Origin: a virus | Taxonomy: Duplodnaviria > Caudoviricetes | Virus record (IMG/VR): IMGVR_UViG_3300042503_000724 | Coordinates: 543 to 64,542 of that record | Strand: one strand, 5' to 3' | DNA: 64,000 nt | Part shown: positions 1-8,264 of the stretch, in pieces | Position numbering within the stretch: position 1 is the first letter of the stretch | How the letters are laid out: every line of letters starts with the position of its first letter | The notes under the pieces: generated by a model | Databases searched by the model: none | The model's input: only the letters and a program-made list of their open reading frames with translations | Told to the model about the DNA's origin: nothing | Made by a program: the position numbers and the translations under genes

Positions 1-572
1 GGCTCAACCTCAATAGGAACCCCACCATTGACATCAAAGGCTGCTTCCATAGGAACAACAGCCTGACCTTCTTGATATCTAATTGCTCTTCTTGCATCTG
101 CTGGAAGATCTGTCATTGTAACAATCTCACCATGCCATCCACCATTTGAAAACTTAGTAACAACCAATCTCATTTGAGTTAAAGGTCCAGTAGACTGTGG
201 AAATGGTCTAACAGACCACTCTATACAAAAGGAATTTTCATTATATCCATATGAAGTATATGCACCTTCTCCAAAAGAAACCCAGTCTTTTCCAGCTATT
301 GATATAGATGGTGTTTGTGGATAGTCCCAATAAGTTCCATCCGCTTTTCCAAATGTTACAGTTGCATTAGTACTATAAAAAATTTGATTATACTCTGTAT
401 TGCCTAAAGTTAAACTAAAAGGTAGGGTCATTGGAAAAGACCCATCATCATCTCCAGTAATTGTAGACATATTGCAAACTAAAGGTGTAGCATGTGAAGA
501 TGTTGCTATAAAGAAAGAGCCCCCCACAAAAAGCAGGGAGCTAACTAAAATGTATGATATAAACCTTTTCAA
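1..572 (-). CDS. Secreted/surface protein with NIDO-like N-terminal motif (runs off the window edge)
   Basis: Not in the ORF track. Hand translation from TTG at 572 (GGGAGAG upstream): MKRFISYILVSSLLFVGGSFFIATSSHA (signal peptide-like), then DDDGSFPMTLPFSLTLGNTEYNQIFYSTNATVTFG; frame open to position 1. Confidence 0.7.
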   Translation of the reverse strand, partial: MKRFISYILVSSLLFVGGSFFIATSSHATPLVCNMSTITGDDDGSFPMTLPFSLTLGNTEYNQIFYSTNATVTFGKADGTYWDYPQTPSISIAGKDWVSFGEGAYTSYGYNENSFCIEWSVRPFPQSTGPLTQMRLVVTKFSNGGWHGEIVTMTDLPADARRAIRYQEGQAVVPMEAAFDVNGGVPIEVE

Positions 573-588
573 CTCTCCCAAGTCTCCC

Positions 589-621
589 TGTTAGTCTAAG
601 ACTAACAAGTTTATTATATCA
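589..621 (-). promoter_or_regulatory. Extended -10 promoter (TGaTATAAT) with palindrome TGTTAGTC-N3-GACTAACA over the predicted start site
   Basis: TATAAT at 613-618 (minus), preceded by TG; perfect 8-bp inverted repeat at 589-607. Confidence 0.6.
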
Positions 622-629
622 CGGTGGGA

Positions 630-761
630 TTATTTAGATAGTTCTTTCCACATTGCCTGGGTATCTTCAATTTTTAATAAGGCTTCAAGCACTGTCATTT
701 GCAACAGTTCTTCTTGGTCAAGACCAATTTTTTCAGCATATCGTAAAATCTTTTGTATCAT
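630..761 (-). CDS. Small hypothetical protein (43 aa)
   Basis: Hand translation MIQKILRYAEKIGLDQEELLQMTVLEALLKIEDTQAMWKELSK; ATGA overlap with the upstream gene. Confidence 0.6.
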   Translation of the reverse strand: MIQKILRYAEKIGLDQEELLQMTVLEALLKIEDTQAMWKELSK

Positions 762-1006
762 TTAAAGTTATCCTTATCATCTTCTAGTAGTCTTTCTTCT
801 ATGCCGTCTGGAACATCATGACCAGCATCTCTATGTTCTTTTATGTGCTTAATCATAGCTGGTGTACTTTTTGTGCGGAAAGATACTCCATTAGTTGAGT
901 GAGCCATTACTGTTTTTGGGGCTAGCATGCATCCCATGCACTCTAAATGCCCTTGCATGTTCATAAATAAATATAGGTCTGAGTGAGAAAGTCTAGCATA
1001 TGACAT
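758..1006 (-). CDS. Hypothetical protein, possible CxxC/HxxxH zinc-binding
   Basis: CMGC ... HIKEH; start overlaps the mgsA stop. Confidence 0.65.
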   Translation of the reverse strand: MSYARLSHSDLYLFMNMQGHLECMGCMLAPKTVMAHSTNGVSFRTKSTPAMIKHIKEHRDAGHDVPDGIEERLLEDDKDNFK

Positions 1007-1401
1007 TATTTTTCACCTTTTCTTTTTTCAAATAACTGAGAAGATATCATCATGTCTGCGGTTGCTTTGTTTACTGCTACACCAGCGTTCCAAAGAGTTG
1101 CCAACCTTAACAATGCTTTTACGTCAGGGTCGTGTGGTTGTGCTTCCAGGGGATCCCAAAAGAAAATAAGAATATCAATTATACCTTCAGATATTGAAGC
1201 ACCAATTTGTTGGTCTCCACCTAAAGGTCCACTTAAAAATTTTGTAATAGGCAATTGCAATTCGTTTTGTAACAAGATTCCAGTATTGCCAGTAGCATAC
1301 AGGTGATGCTTACTAAGAATAGAATGATTAATTTTGCACCATTCTAGTAAATCTTGTTTTTTATTATCGTGAGCAACAAGGGCAATGTGTCTAGTTTTCA
1401 T
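1006..1401 (-). CDS. mgsA: Methylglyoxal synthase
   Basis: All MgsA motifs present: [46 protein letters not shown]-x-ATAD. Confidence 0.95.
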   Translation of the reverse strand: MKTRHIALVAHDNKKQDLLEWCKINHSILSKHHLYATGNTGILLQNELQLPITKFLSGPLGGDQQIGASISEGIIDILIFFWDPLEAQPHDPDVKALLRLATLWNAGVAVNKATADMMISSQLFEKRKGEK

Positions 1402-1643
1402 TAAATCAAATCTTCTGTTAGGTGGTTAAATTGTGGTAAAGGCTCTAGGTTATCAAATATCCCCATTTGATTATGTGGCACAGCAAGACTATCTTCATCC
1501 TCATAGTCGTCCCATATCGCTGTGTACATGTCTGCATAATCATACAGGGGCTTTTCAACCTTATGTAACAGGTTTAACATTTTGTTAGCAAACCAACGAA
1601 CTACTGGACCAGCATCCTTTTCATGATGTAGTTCAAATTCCAT
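1401..1643 (-). CDS. Hypothetical protein
   Basis: ORF with AGGAGG RBS, coupled to neighbouring genes. Confidence 0.65.
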   Translation of the reverse strand: MEFELHHEKDAGPVVRWFANKMLNLLHKVEKPLYDYADMYTAIWDDYEDEDSLAVPHNQMGIFDNLEPLPQFNHLTEDLI

Positions 1644-1746
1644 TTCGTTTCCTCCTATCCCAAATATATCTTCTTACATTAACATAACAGTTTAATGCTA
1701 CAAATGTAAGAATAAGAAATTCTGCTACTGAGTGCGTAAGCTTCAT
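1633..1746 (-). CDS. Small membrane peptide (37 aa)
   Basis: Hand translation [37 protein letters not shown]; fills the gap with an ATGA overlap. Confidence 0.5.
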   Translation of the reverse strand: MKLTHSVAEFLILTFVALNCYVNVRRYIWDRRKRNGI

Positions 1747-1931
1747 CTATTGTCCTTTGGTAATGCTTGAATAATAGAATAGAAACATTCAGCAAAGCTG
1801 GCTGCCTCTATAGCAAAATCTTCTATATGTGATTCTTTTGTTCCAATACGACCAGCGACATAATGCTCTAAAGCATTAGTATAAATTTCCATTAAGTCTT
1901 CTGTTGATTTAATTAAATAACTCTTAGCCAT
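1743..1931 (-). CDS. Hypothetical protein
   Basis: Start moved to MAKSYL (TAATG overlap with the upstream stop). Confidence 0.6.
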   Translation of the reverse strand: MAKSYLIKSTEDLMEIYTNALEHYVAGRIGTKESHIEDFAIEAASFAECFYSIIQALPKDNR

Positions 1932-2341
1932 TAAAAATCTCCTGGGGCTACCTGTAAGCAAGTAAGACCAATTTCACGCCACATATCTACTACTTGTTGG
2001 CGATCATCAAGCACACATAAAATATCATAATCAGGTGCAATAAGTTGTTCGTAAATTTCTCGTTTAACAATTGAATCCTGTCTAAAGTCTCCATACTTAC
2101 GCATGTAAAGCTTAATAAATGGTGGGCAGTTTAATGTTAACCACCTATATGTTTCATTAAAGCATGAATCATCACGACCTGAAACAAATATAATTTTATG
2201 TCCAGCTCGCCACAAAGCGTTTACAACTTCAATAACATTTTTGTCTGGAGTATCATGAATAACTTTTGAGTAATCATATATCTCACGATTACTTCTGTGA
2301 GACACCGTTCCATCAATATCTACAATTACTGCACTACGCAT
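1931..2341 (-). CDS. HAD phosphatase resembling the 3'-phosphatase domain of T4 polynucleotide kinase (stand-alone)
   Basis: DIDGT, SGR, MR...D.R.D...K, DDR..VV.MWR..GL.CLQVA.GDF. Confidence 0.88.
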   Translation of the reverse strand: MRSAVIVDIDGTVSHRSNREIYDYSKVIHDTPDKNVIEVVNALWRAGHKIIFVSGRDDSCFNETYRWLTLNCPPFIKLYMRKYGDFRQDSIVKREIYEQLIAPDYDILCVLDDRQQVVDMWREIGLTCLQVAPGDF

Positions 2342-2633
2342 GTCTGTTCCAATTCTCTAAAAATGGATCTTCATATTCATATAAAATTACTGGAGTTAGT
2401 TCGCCCATCCAGGCACCTGCACAATTATATGAAATATATTCTTCTGCTTCCATTACATCCATGCCATCACGCTCAACAAGTATCTGTAGCATCTTTATAA
2501 ACGAGTATGTTGCTAGTGTTGGTTGACCACACCGTCTTGAAAAACCAATAAAGGCATCCTCAAATCCATCCATTAACAGCATCTCTTGATCTGTTTCATA
2601 ATAGACTAAAGTTTCTAATTCTTTTTTGTTCAC
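2334..2633 (-). CDS. Conserved phage hypothetical protein
   Basis: GTG start at 2633 after GGAGG; LMDGFEDAFIG ... EYISYNCAGAWMGELTP. Confidence 0.7.
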   Translation of the reverse strand: MNKKELETLVYYETDQEMLLMDGFEDAFIGFSRRCGQPTLATYSFIKMLQILVERDGMDVMEAEEYISYNCAGAWMGELTPVILYEYEDPFLENWNRHA

Positions 2634-2794
2634 TACCATCCTCCAAGACAGCTTTTTGAGTGTGTGTGTATCCAAAAGTTTCCTTCTAGATGTTTTTTTG
2701 TTGGTGCATAAAGTTCTGTGCCACAGGCACCACAATTATGCAACCATTCTTGTGCAAAAAAATCGTACTGAAATCCTTTTTCGTACTTAATCAT
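2633..2794 (-). CDS. Small zinc-finger-like protein (53 aa)
   Basis: Hand translation MIKYEKGFQYDFFAQEWLHNCGACGTELYAPTKKHLEGNFWIHTHSKSCLGGW; lies downstream of a promoter. Confidence 0.6.
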   Translation of the reverse strand: MIKYEKGFQYDFFAQEWLHNCGACGTELYAPTKKHLEGNFWIHTHSKSCLGGW

Positions 2795-2821
2795 TTAATA
2801 TCCTTGGCTTTGTGTATATCT

Positions 2822-2851
2822 ATAATACACTATGTGGGGTGGGCTTGTCAA
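2822..2851 (-). promoter_or_regulatory. Sigma70/HrdB-type promoter
   Basis: TTGACA-N18-TATTAT. Confidence 0.6.
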
Positions 2852-2853
2852 GT

Positions 2854-3018
2854 TTATTCTTCATAGAGTTCGTAGGCAACAAAGTCTGTATTGTCCACAA
2901 ACTCTTCATGAACTACTCCATCTACAAAGAACTTAATCTTAGAAAAATATGCTCCATAAGAAACAATTTCTCCAACAACTTCCTCTTCAAATAGCCATAC
3001 TAGATTGCCCGATGTCAT
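2854..3018 (-). CDS. Small hypothetical protein (54 aa)
   Basis: Hand translation MTSGNLVWLFEEEVVGEIVSYGAYFSKIKFFVDGVVHEEFVDNTDFVAYELYEE; ATGA overlap. Confidence 0.65.
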   Translation of the reverse strand: MTSGNLVWLFEEEVVGEIVSYGAYFSKIKFFVDGVVHEEFVDNTDFVAYELYEE

Positions 3019-3272
3019 TTTATACTCCTTGGTGGATCGCCCTTGGCTCCATCAAAGTAGCATTTTACACCAAAGGATTCTATTAGCTTTCTAACCATTT
3101 GTAAATATTCCATAAAAGTTTCCATCTGCGGAGCATTCATAGACATAATTTGATTTTCATAAATACGAATAGAAATATACTGATCAAACTCTACAAAATC
3201 CACAACAAGTTTTGGGTATGGTGGCTTAATTTGATGAACTGCAACGGACATTTCTTTTGTAAATTTAGCCAT
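3015..3272 (-). CDS. Hypothetical protein
   Basis: Start moved to MAKFTK; in operon with whiB. Confidence 0.65.
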   Translation of the reverse strand: MAKFTKEMSVAVHQIKPPYPKLVVDFVEFDQYISIRIYENQIMSMNAPQMETFMEYLQMVRKLIESFGVKCYFDGAKGDPPRSIK

Positions 3273-3549
3273 CTGACACCGCATCTAAAATCATAGACCA
3301 TACCTCTTTTGTTTTATGCATATTTTTAGAGGGACTTGGCTCTCCATCTACTAAGTATACACCACCCCAAACTCCCCATTCTGAGTTTGTTGTTCCGTGA
3401 TTAAAACACTCTGCTATAACAGGACACTGCAAACAAATAGTTTCATCAACTGTTTTTGCAAGTATTGGATCTTCTTCATACTTATCAAAAAACATTTCAC
3501 GGTCAATGGCACGACACTTAGCCTTCATCATCCATTCTTCATCTAACAT
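3265..3549 (-). CDS. whiB: WhiB-family Fe-S transcription factor
   Basis: W..KAKC ... MFF ... ICLQCPVIAEC ... WGVWGG; start moved to MLDEEW. Confidence 0.92.
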   Translation of the reverse strand: MLDEEWMMKAKCRAIDREMFFDKYEEDPILAKTVDETICLQCPVIAECFNHGTTNSEWGVWGGVYLVDGEPSPSKNMHKTKEVWSMILDAVSDG

Positions 3550-3748
3550 ACTTTGCTGGCACTTCCCAACCATTTTCATTTGGCTCGTAGGTTTTATAGA
3601 ATCCCCATTTGCCATCCCTTAGCAAACCGCCCTTTGACATTTCTCCAAGAGAGTCTGCCTTCCAGTCTACAATAGTCCAGCCATCCCAGTAAAGACCCTT
3701 GTTTTTTTCTACTATAGCGTGTGCTTCTTCGTAACCAATTATTGGCAT
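3539..3748 (-). CDS. Hypothetical protein
   Basis: ORF with AAGGA RBS; LYWDGWTIV. Confidence 0.7.
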   Translation of the reverse strand: MPIIGYEEAHAIVEKNKGLYWDGWTIVDWKADSLGEMSKGGLLRDGKWGFYKTYEPNENGWEVPAKYVR

Positions 3749-3757
3749 TTATTTTCC

Positions 3758-4135
3758 TTAGTATCTGTAGAATGAGGCTGGAATTTTTAGTTGTTCAGCC
3801 TTACGGATAAGTGCATCATGATTCTTGTCAGGATCTGACTTTGAATTAAATGACACGATGTGGTCAATATTGTAGCTTTCTAAATTTTCTAAAACATCTT
3901 GGTACTTAGCACGAGCGAACTTAGTCCAGATTTTCTTTTGTTTAAACATATCCTCTGACCTATTAATAAACTCTGCCGTATATCCATTTATTCTTCTTGG
4001 TCCTGCGGTTAAGATCTTAATGTGTTTTTCTTGGTATCCGTTTTTGTGTAGGTTTTCTTCAATTGCAACTACAACTCCACGCATAAATGTTGGATAGTCT
4101 CCAAAATCTTTACTACCGTATACTAAAATTTTCAT
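3758..4135 (-). CDS. SLOG/YspA-like (DUF2493-like) protein
   Basis: N-terminal MKILVYGSKDFGDY resembles the SLOG GSRxFxDY motif; degenerate. Confidence 0.5.
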   Translation of the reverse strand: MKILVYGSKDFGDYPTFMRGVVVAIEENLHKNGYQEKHIKILTAGPRRINGYTAEFINRSEDMFKQKKIWTKFARAKYQDVLENLESYNIDHIVSFNSKSDPDKNHDALIRKAEQLKIPASFYRY

Positions 4136-4142
4136 AGCATTC

Positions 4143-5045
4143 CTAATTAACTAGATCAACAATAAACATTTTTCCTGAACGCTTGTGTTCAAGGTATCTT
4201 GACTGGGACTTAATTCTATCATATACTTGAGACATTGACAACCCAGGGCTTAGTTCTTTTACTGCTACCCATTTTGCTGCCATAAGTGCACTGGAGTTTG
4301 ATGTTCCAACAGAGTTTGCTGTTTTATTATTTGGTGCTGCTGCAAACATTGTTCCTAATGCAAAAAAGTCAGTGCTGGCTGAGTTGTTGCTATATAGTGC
4401 TGGAGACATTTGCTTTCCATATGCTGGGTCTGTGGCACCAACAGAAATTGATGATGCAATACATGCAGGAAAGTCTATCTTAGAATAATTATATCCATTT
4501 CCTGTTGGGAAAAATGATGGAATATTCTTTGATGCAAGAGAGTTGATTGCATTTTCAATAGGCACATGCTTTGTGCAAGCATCTCTTGAAACATATGACT
4601 GACTCATATTTACCGCAACAATGTTATAAGTTTGGTGATTCTTGTCTACCCACTCTAGTGCTCTTTGCACAGCAGTCAGTGACGTACTTGCCCTAAGTCC
4701 ATTTGCCGTCATTGGAATAATTCTAATAATAACAAGATTAACATTTGGATTGTTTTGAGTAATTACTGAAGCAATTTGTGTACCGTGATAAAAACCATTT
4801 CTACTAGCTCTTGCTGGATCTAAAGTTGCTGCTCCAACACCTTCCATAAAATTAGTTTTATTTGGACAAGTGTTAAAGTCAAGTACACATACTTCGTGTA
4901 CAATTTTTCCAGATACTGAACTATGCGTAGCGTCAATTCCTGTATCAATTACGGCAATGGTGGGCTTGGTGTTACCCTTTGCTGAAGTTCCTGTAATAAC
5001 CAAAAGCAATGCTATTCCAATAATAGCAATAATACTTTTCTTCAT
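4143..5045 (-). CDS. Secreted subtilisin-like S8 serine protease
   Basis: Signal peptide; catalytic triad motifs IAVIDTG, HGT, GTS; NMS; oxyanion TGN; FPA, SVGA. Confidence 0.9.
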   Translation of the reverse strand: MKKSIIAIIGIALLLVITGTSAKGNTKPTIAVIDTGIDATHSSVSGKIVHEVCVLDFNTCPNKTNFMEGVGAATLDPARASRNGFYHGTQIASVITQNNPNVNLVIIRIIPMTANGLRASTSLTAVQRALEWVDKNHQTYNIVAVNMSQSYVSRDACTKHVPIENAINSLASKNIPSFFPTGNGYNYSKIDFPACIASSISVGATDPAYGKQMSPALYSNNSASTDFFALGTMFAAAPNNKTANSVGTSNSSALMAAKWVAVKELSPGLSMSQVYDRIKSQSRYLEHKRSGKMFIVDLVN

Positions 5046-5074
5046 TTTATTTCCTTTTGTTAGTTGGGATTTAT

Positions 5075-5103
5075 ATTATATCAATTTAATTGTTAGTTGT
5101 CAA
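5075..5103 (-). promoter_or_regulatory. Consensus sigma70-type promoter for the protease gene
   Basis: TTGACA-N17-TATAAT with extended TG. Confidence 0.85.
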
Positions 5104-6103
5104 GCCATTGAGGGTTATTGTATGTCCATTTTACAACCTTGTCAATTGACTCTTCAATTGCCATTGGGTGTGTCCATCCAGACTTAGCAAGATTTTCTCC
5201 ACTTAATGCGTAGTGCATGTCGTGTCCTGGTCTTTCTGTATTTGGATCCACCAAATCATAGTTTAATTGCTTACCTGCTGCGTCTGCAACAAGCTGGGCA
5301 AGTTCTAGATTGCTTAATCTTTTTTCTCCAGCAATATGCATTCTTAATGGCAAATCTGCTTCTCCATACTTTGGAAAGTCCTGCTCTAAGATATGCATTA
5401 GTCCTGAGGCTAAGCTTCTTGCATGTAAATAATATCTGCTTCCAATGTCACCCTTATTAAAATGAACAACAACTTTTTCATTCTTGTAAATCTTTTTCAT
5501 GATCATAGCCATATACTTTTCAGAGTCTTGAGTTTCTCCAATGATGTTCATGCTATTTACAATTCCGACTGGAACTCCATAGGTTCTCCAATAGGAAAGG
5601 GCTATGTCTTCCTGGGCAGCTTTAGATGCTGCATACGGATTACTTGGAAGGTGCAGGTCTTTCCATTCCTTGTTTGTTCTGTGCTTTGATCCTGGACCAT
5701 ATACCTCGTCAGTAGATATGTGCAAAAACTTTTCTACCCCCGTGTGTCTTGCCCAATCAAGCATGTTACACATCAATGATACGTTGTTCATGATAAATGG
5801 AGCTGGGTTTTCAATGCTACGATTGACATGGCTTTCACTTGCACAATTAATTACATAGTCAATCTTACCAAAATCAGCATAGGTTACTGGGGACATTGGC
5901 TGTGCTAGGTCTATACCAACAAGCTTTACTCTTCTCATTGCATCTGGGGAGGAGCTAAATAAATATCCAAGCCTATCTTGAATACCACGATGTTTATAAC
6001 TTACTGGCAAGACAATGCTATTGCAATCTGTAGTTTTTAATATGTGCCTAACAACATGGACCCCCATTAGTCCACTAGCACCAGTAACCATTATTCTTTT
6101 CAT
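5093..6103 (-). CDS. NDP-sugar 4,6-dehydratase (RmlB-like extended SDR)
   Basis: TGASGLMG, ASESHVNRS, STDEVYG, PSNPYAASK, RPGHDMHY. Confidence 0.92.
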   Translation of the reverse strand: MKRIMVTGASGLMGVHVVRHILKTTDCNSIVLPVSYKHRGIQDRLGYLFSSSPDAMRRVKLVGIDLAQPMSPVTYADFGKIDYVINCASESHVNRSIENPAPFIMNNVSLMCNMLDWARHTGVEKFLHISTDEVYGPGSKHRTNKEWKDLHLPSNPYAASKAAQEDIALSYWRTYGVPVGIVNSMNIIGETQDSEKYMAMIMKKIYKNEKVVVHFNKGDIGSRYYLHARSLASGLMHILEQDFPKYGEADLPLRMHIAGEKRLSNLELAQLVADAAGKQLNYDLVDPNTERPGHDMHYALSGENLAKSGWTHPMAIEESIDKVVKWTYNNPQWLDN

Positions 6104-7056
6104 TGCATATCTCCAATAATTTTATCTAATTCCATCCACTGCCGTATACAATTATCTCTTGAAAATCTATTGTTAATGTATTCTATTTGTGGTTTTGGAT
6201 CAAACTTATTTTTTCTAATTTCTTTTATTGCTTTTTTTATTTCTTTTGTAAAAATTTTTACCATTTCTTTTTCACGTTTTTCTATATCTTGAAAAGTTAC
6301 TGGATAATTTTTAATAATTTTTGCAAACCCATTAGTTGTTTCTGGTAATGCACCAGCATCAGTAGTAACTACTTTTACCCCAGCACTCATAGCTTCCATA
6401 ACTCCAATACATGCAGTTTCTTCAAATGTGCAGGGATAAGCATAAATATGAGATTTTTGTAAAGTATCTAAAAGAACTTCTTTTGTACTATCTCCATTTT
6501 TAATAATTCTTTCATCTTGATCAAAAATTACTTTAGCCTCATAACTTATTTCTGATGGGGTCATGCAGTCTTCGCATTCGCAGCAATGAATGGTAAGAGT
6601 AACATCTTTGTCTTTTATTTTATTAAAACATTTTAGTAAAATGTCCAGACCTCTTGATGCCTGAGATATATACATAAGGTTTATTTTGTCTTTTGGCTTT
6701 TCTTTAAACTCAATGGGATCAAACTGATTATTTACAATATAAAATCTATCCTCGTCTATAGCAAAATTTTCTGATAAGTTTTTTTTATGGAACTCCGATT
6801 GAACTAAAAACATGCTGGTTATTGATAAAAAATCTGGGTGTACAAAAAACTTTTCTAAGCTCCATGGCATTCTATAAGCTGGAACGTGGCACCAAACTAT
6901 ATTTTTTGTGTATTCTTTCATATTACCCTCAAGACCAGGAAGAACAATTAAATTACAATCTTTTAAAAAATTTGTTTTTGATAAAACATTTTCATTTACA
7001 AAGCTAGCCATGTTTCCTGTACCTCTGTTTCCAAATCCAGCAAATTTTCCTATCAT
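6100..7056 (-). CDS. GT-B (GT4-like) glycosyltransferase
   Basis: RGLDILL, YAYPCTFEETACIGVMEAMSAG, TTDAGALPET; start moved to MIGKF (ATGA overlap). Confidence 0.88.
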   Translation of the reverse strand: MIGKFAGFGNRGTGNMASFVNENVLSKTNFLKDCNLIVLPGLEGNMKEYTKNIVWCHVPAYRMPWSLEKFFVHPDFLSITSMFLVQSEFHKKNLSENFAIDEDRFYIVNNQFDPIEFKEKPKDKINLMYISQASRGLDILLKCFNKIKDKDVTLTIHCCECEDCMTPSEISYEAKVIFDQDERIIKNGDSTKEVLLDTLQKSHIYAYPCTFEETACIGVMEAMSAGVKVVTTDAGALPETTNGFAKIIKNYPVTFQDIEKREKEMVKIFTKEIKKAIKEIRKNKFDPKPQIEYINNRFSRDNCIRQWMELDKIIGDMQ

Positions 7057-7316
7057 TTTTTTTCCTTCATGGCTTCTGAGTGTATTCCCCACTTACCTAT
7101 TGGACAAGAAGCGTCAGCTAGTTTTGTTTTTTGAGGCATAATACATGCACACTTGCTACACTGGGTAGTTACTTTAATATAAAATGGGCATTCTTTGCAT
7201 ATAGCCATTCTTCTTTCTTGTGCTTTATCAGAGACTCTTTCTTTGTTTGGATTAAAAAGGTCCCAAGGTCTTACTGGTTTTAGAGGTGGAACTTCTAAAA
7301 ATTCATCATCATTCAT
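7053..7316 (-). CDS. Cys-rich DUF6171-like protein
   Basis: RRMAICKECP ... CSKCACIM..KT.L..ASCPIGKW. Confidence 0.7.
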   Translation of the reverse strand: MNDDEFLEVPPLKPVRPWDLFNPNKERVSDKAQERRMAICKECPFYIKVTTQCSKCACIMPQKTKLADASCPIGKWGIHSEAMKEKK

Positions 7317-7325
7317 AATAACTTC

Positions 7326-8264
7326 CTAATAATATTGTTCTGGAATATATTCGTTGTCCTTGTAAAGACCTACAGACAGATTTATTTTAGCATAATTTTC
7401 ATATTTTCTAACATAATCTTTGTTTGAAATTAATTTAATATATCTATTTTGAGAAATGTTGTGAAGAGCTATGTTATTTTTTTCAGATAAATATTGAGTA
7501 AAATATTTTCTTTCTCCACCAAATTCATTCTTAAAATCTGTATAAAAATGAGTAAGAGGTAGTTCCATGTTTGGATAAACCATGTAAAAACCGTTGTTTA
7601 TTAAATTAATTCCCTGAATAATTTCTTCATCATAAAAGAACGCTTCGCTGTATGTTCCTGGATTTTTTGCAAATTCTTTATCACTAAAAGCAAAATTTCC
7701 ATTAAACTTTACACACGGATAAAACTTTTTAGGATACAAAGGATCTCCAAACAAAGGCTTATCAGTCCATTTAGCATAAAAATTATTAAAAAATCCAGTA
7801 ATATAAAATGGGTATCTTGAACGGGAATCTAATATCTTTAATCCATCTGAATCATACTTATAAACTCCAAGATATGCAGTTAAAACAATTTTGTCATGGT
7901 TTAATTCTGATTTTGCTTCCTTAAATAAATCAATTAAAATTTCATCCCAATCTTGTTCAAAGTTTGTATGAGAGTCACATTGCAAAATGTAGTCTTGTCC
8001 AGAATATAAAGAGATTGCTTGCTGTCTTGCAAATCCAGTTCCATATTTTGAAAGATCTTTATTATCAAGCTTGTTGTAAACCATCTTTACATTTTTCCCT
8101 TTAAAAGACTTAGAAAGCTTTTTATATAAAGACTTAGAATCTGAAGTGCAGGGCATTCCAACAAAAATTCTTTCGGGGTACTTTGCTTTTTCAAAAAGAC
8201 CTAATATAGATCTTTCAGTTTCTGTGTCATCCATCGTTGCCGTTGAAACATAAATTGTTTCCAT
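7326..8264 (-). CDS. GT60-like (Skp1 hydroxyproline GlcNAc-transferase-like) glycosyltransferase
   Basis: TIYVS, AKYPERIFVG, G.GFAR, QDYILQCDSHTNFEQDWD, NFAF, FYDEE. Confidence 0.8.
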   Translation of the reverse strand: METIYVSTATMDDTETERSILGLFEKAKYPERIFVGMPCTSDSKSLYKKLSKSFKGKNVKMVYNKLDNKDLSKYGTGFARQQAISLYSGQDYILQCDSHTNFEQDWDEILIDLFKEAKSELNHDKIVLTAYLGVYKYDSDGLKILDSRSRYPFYITGFFNNFYAKWTDKPLFGDPLYPKKFYPCVKFNGNFAFSDKEFAKNPGTYSEAFFYDEEIIQGINLINNGFYMVYPNMELPLTHFYTDFKNEFGGERKYFTQYLSEKNNIALHNISQNRYIKLISNKDYVRKYENYAKINLSVGLYKDNEYIPEQYY

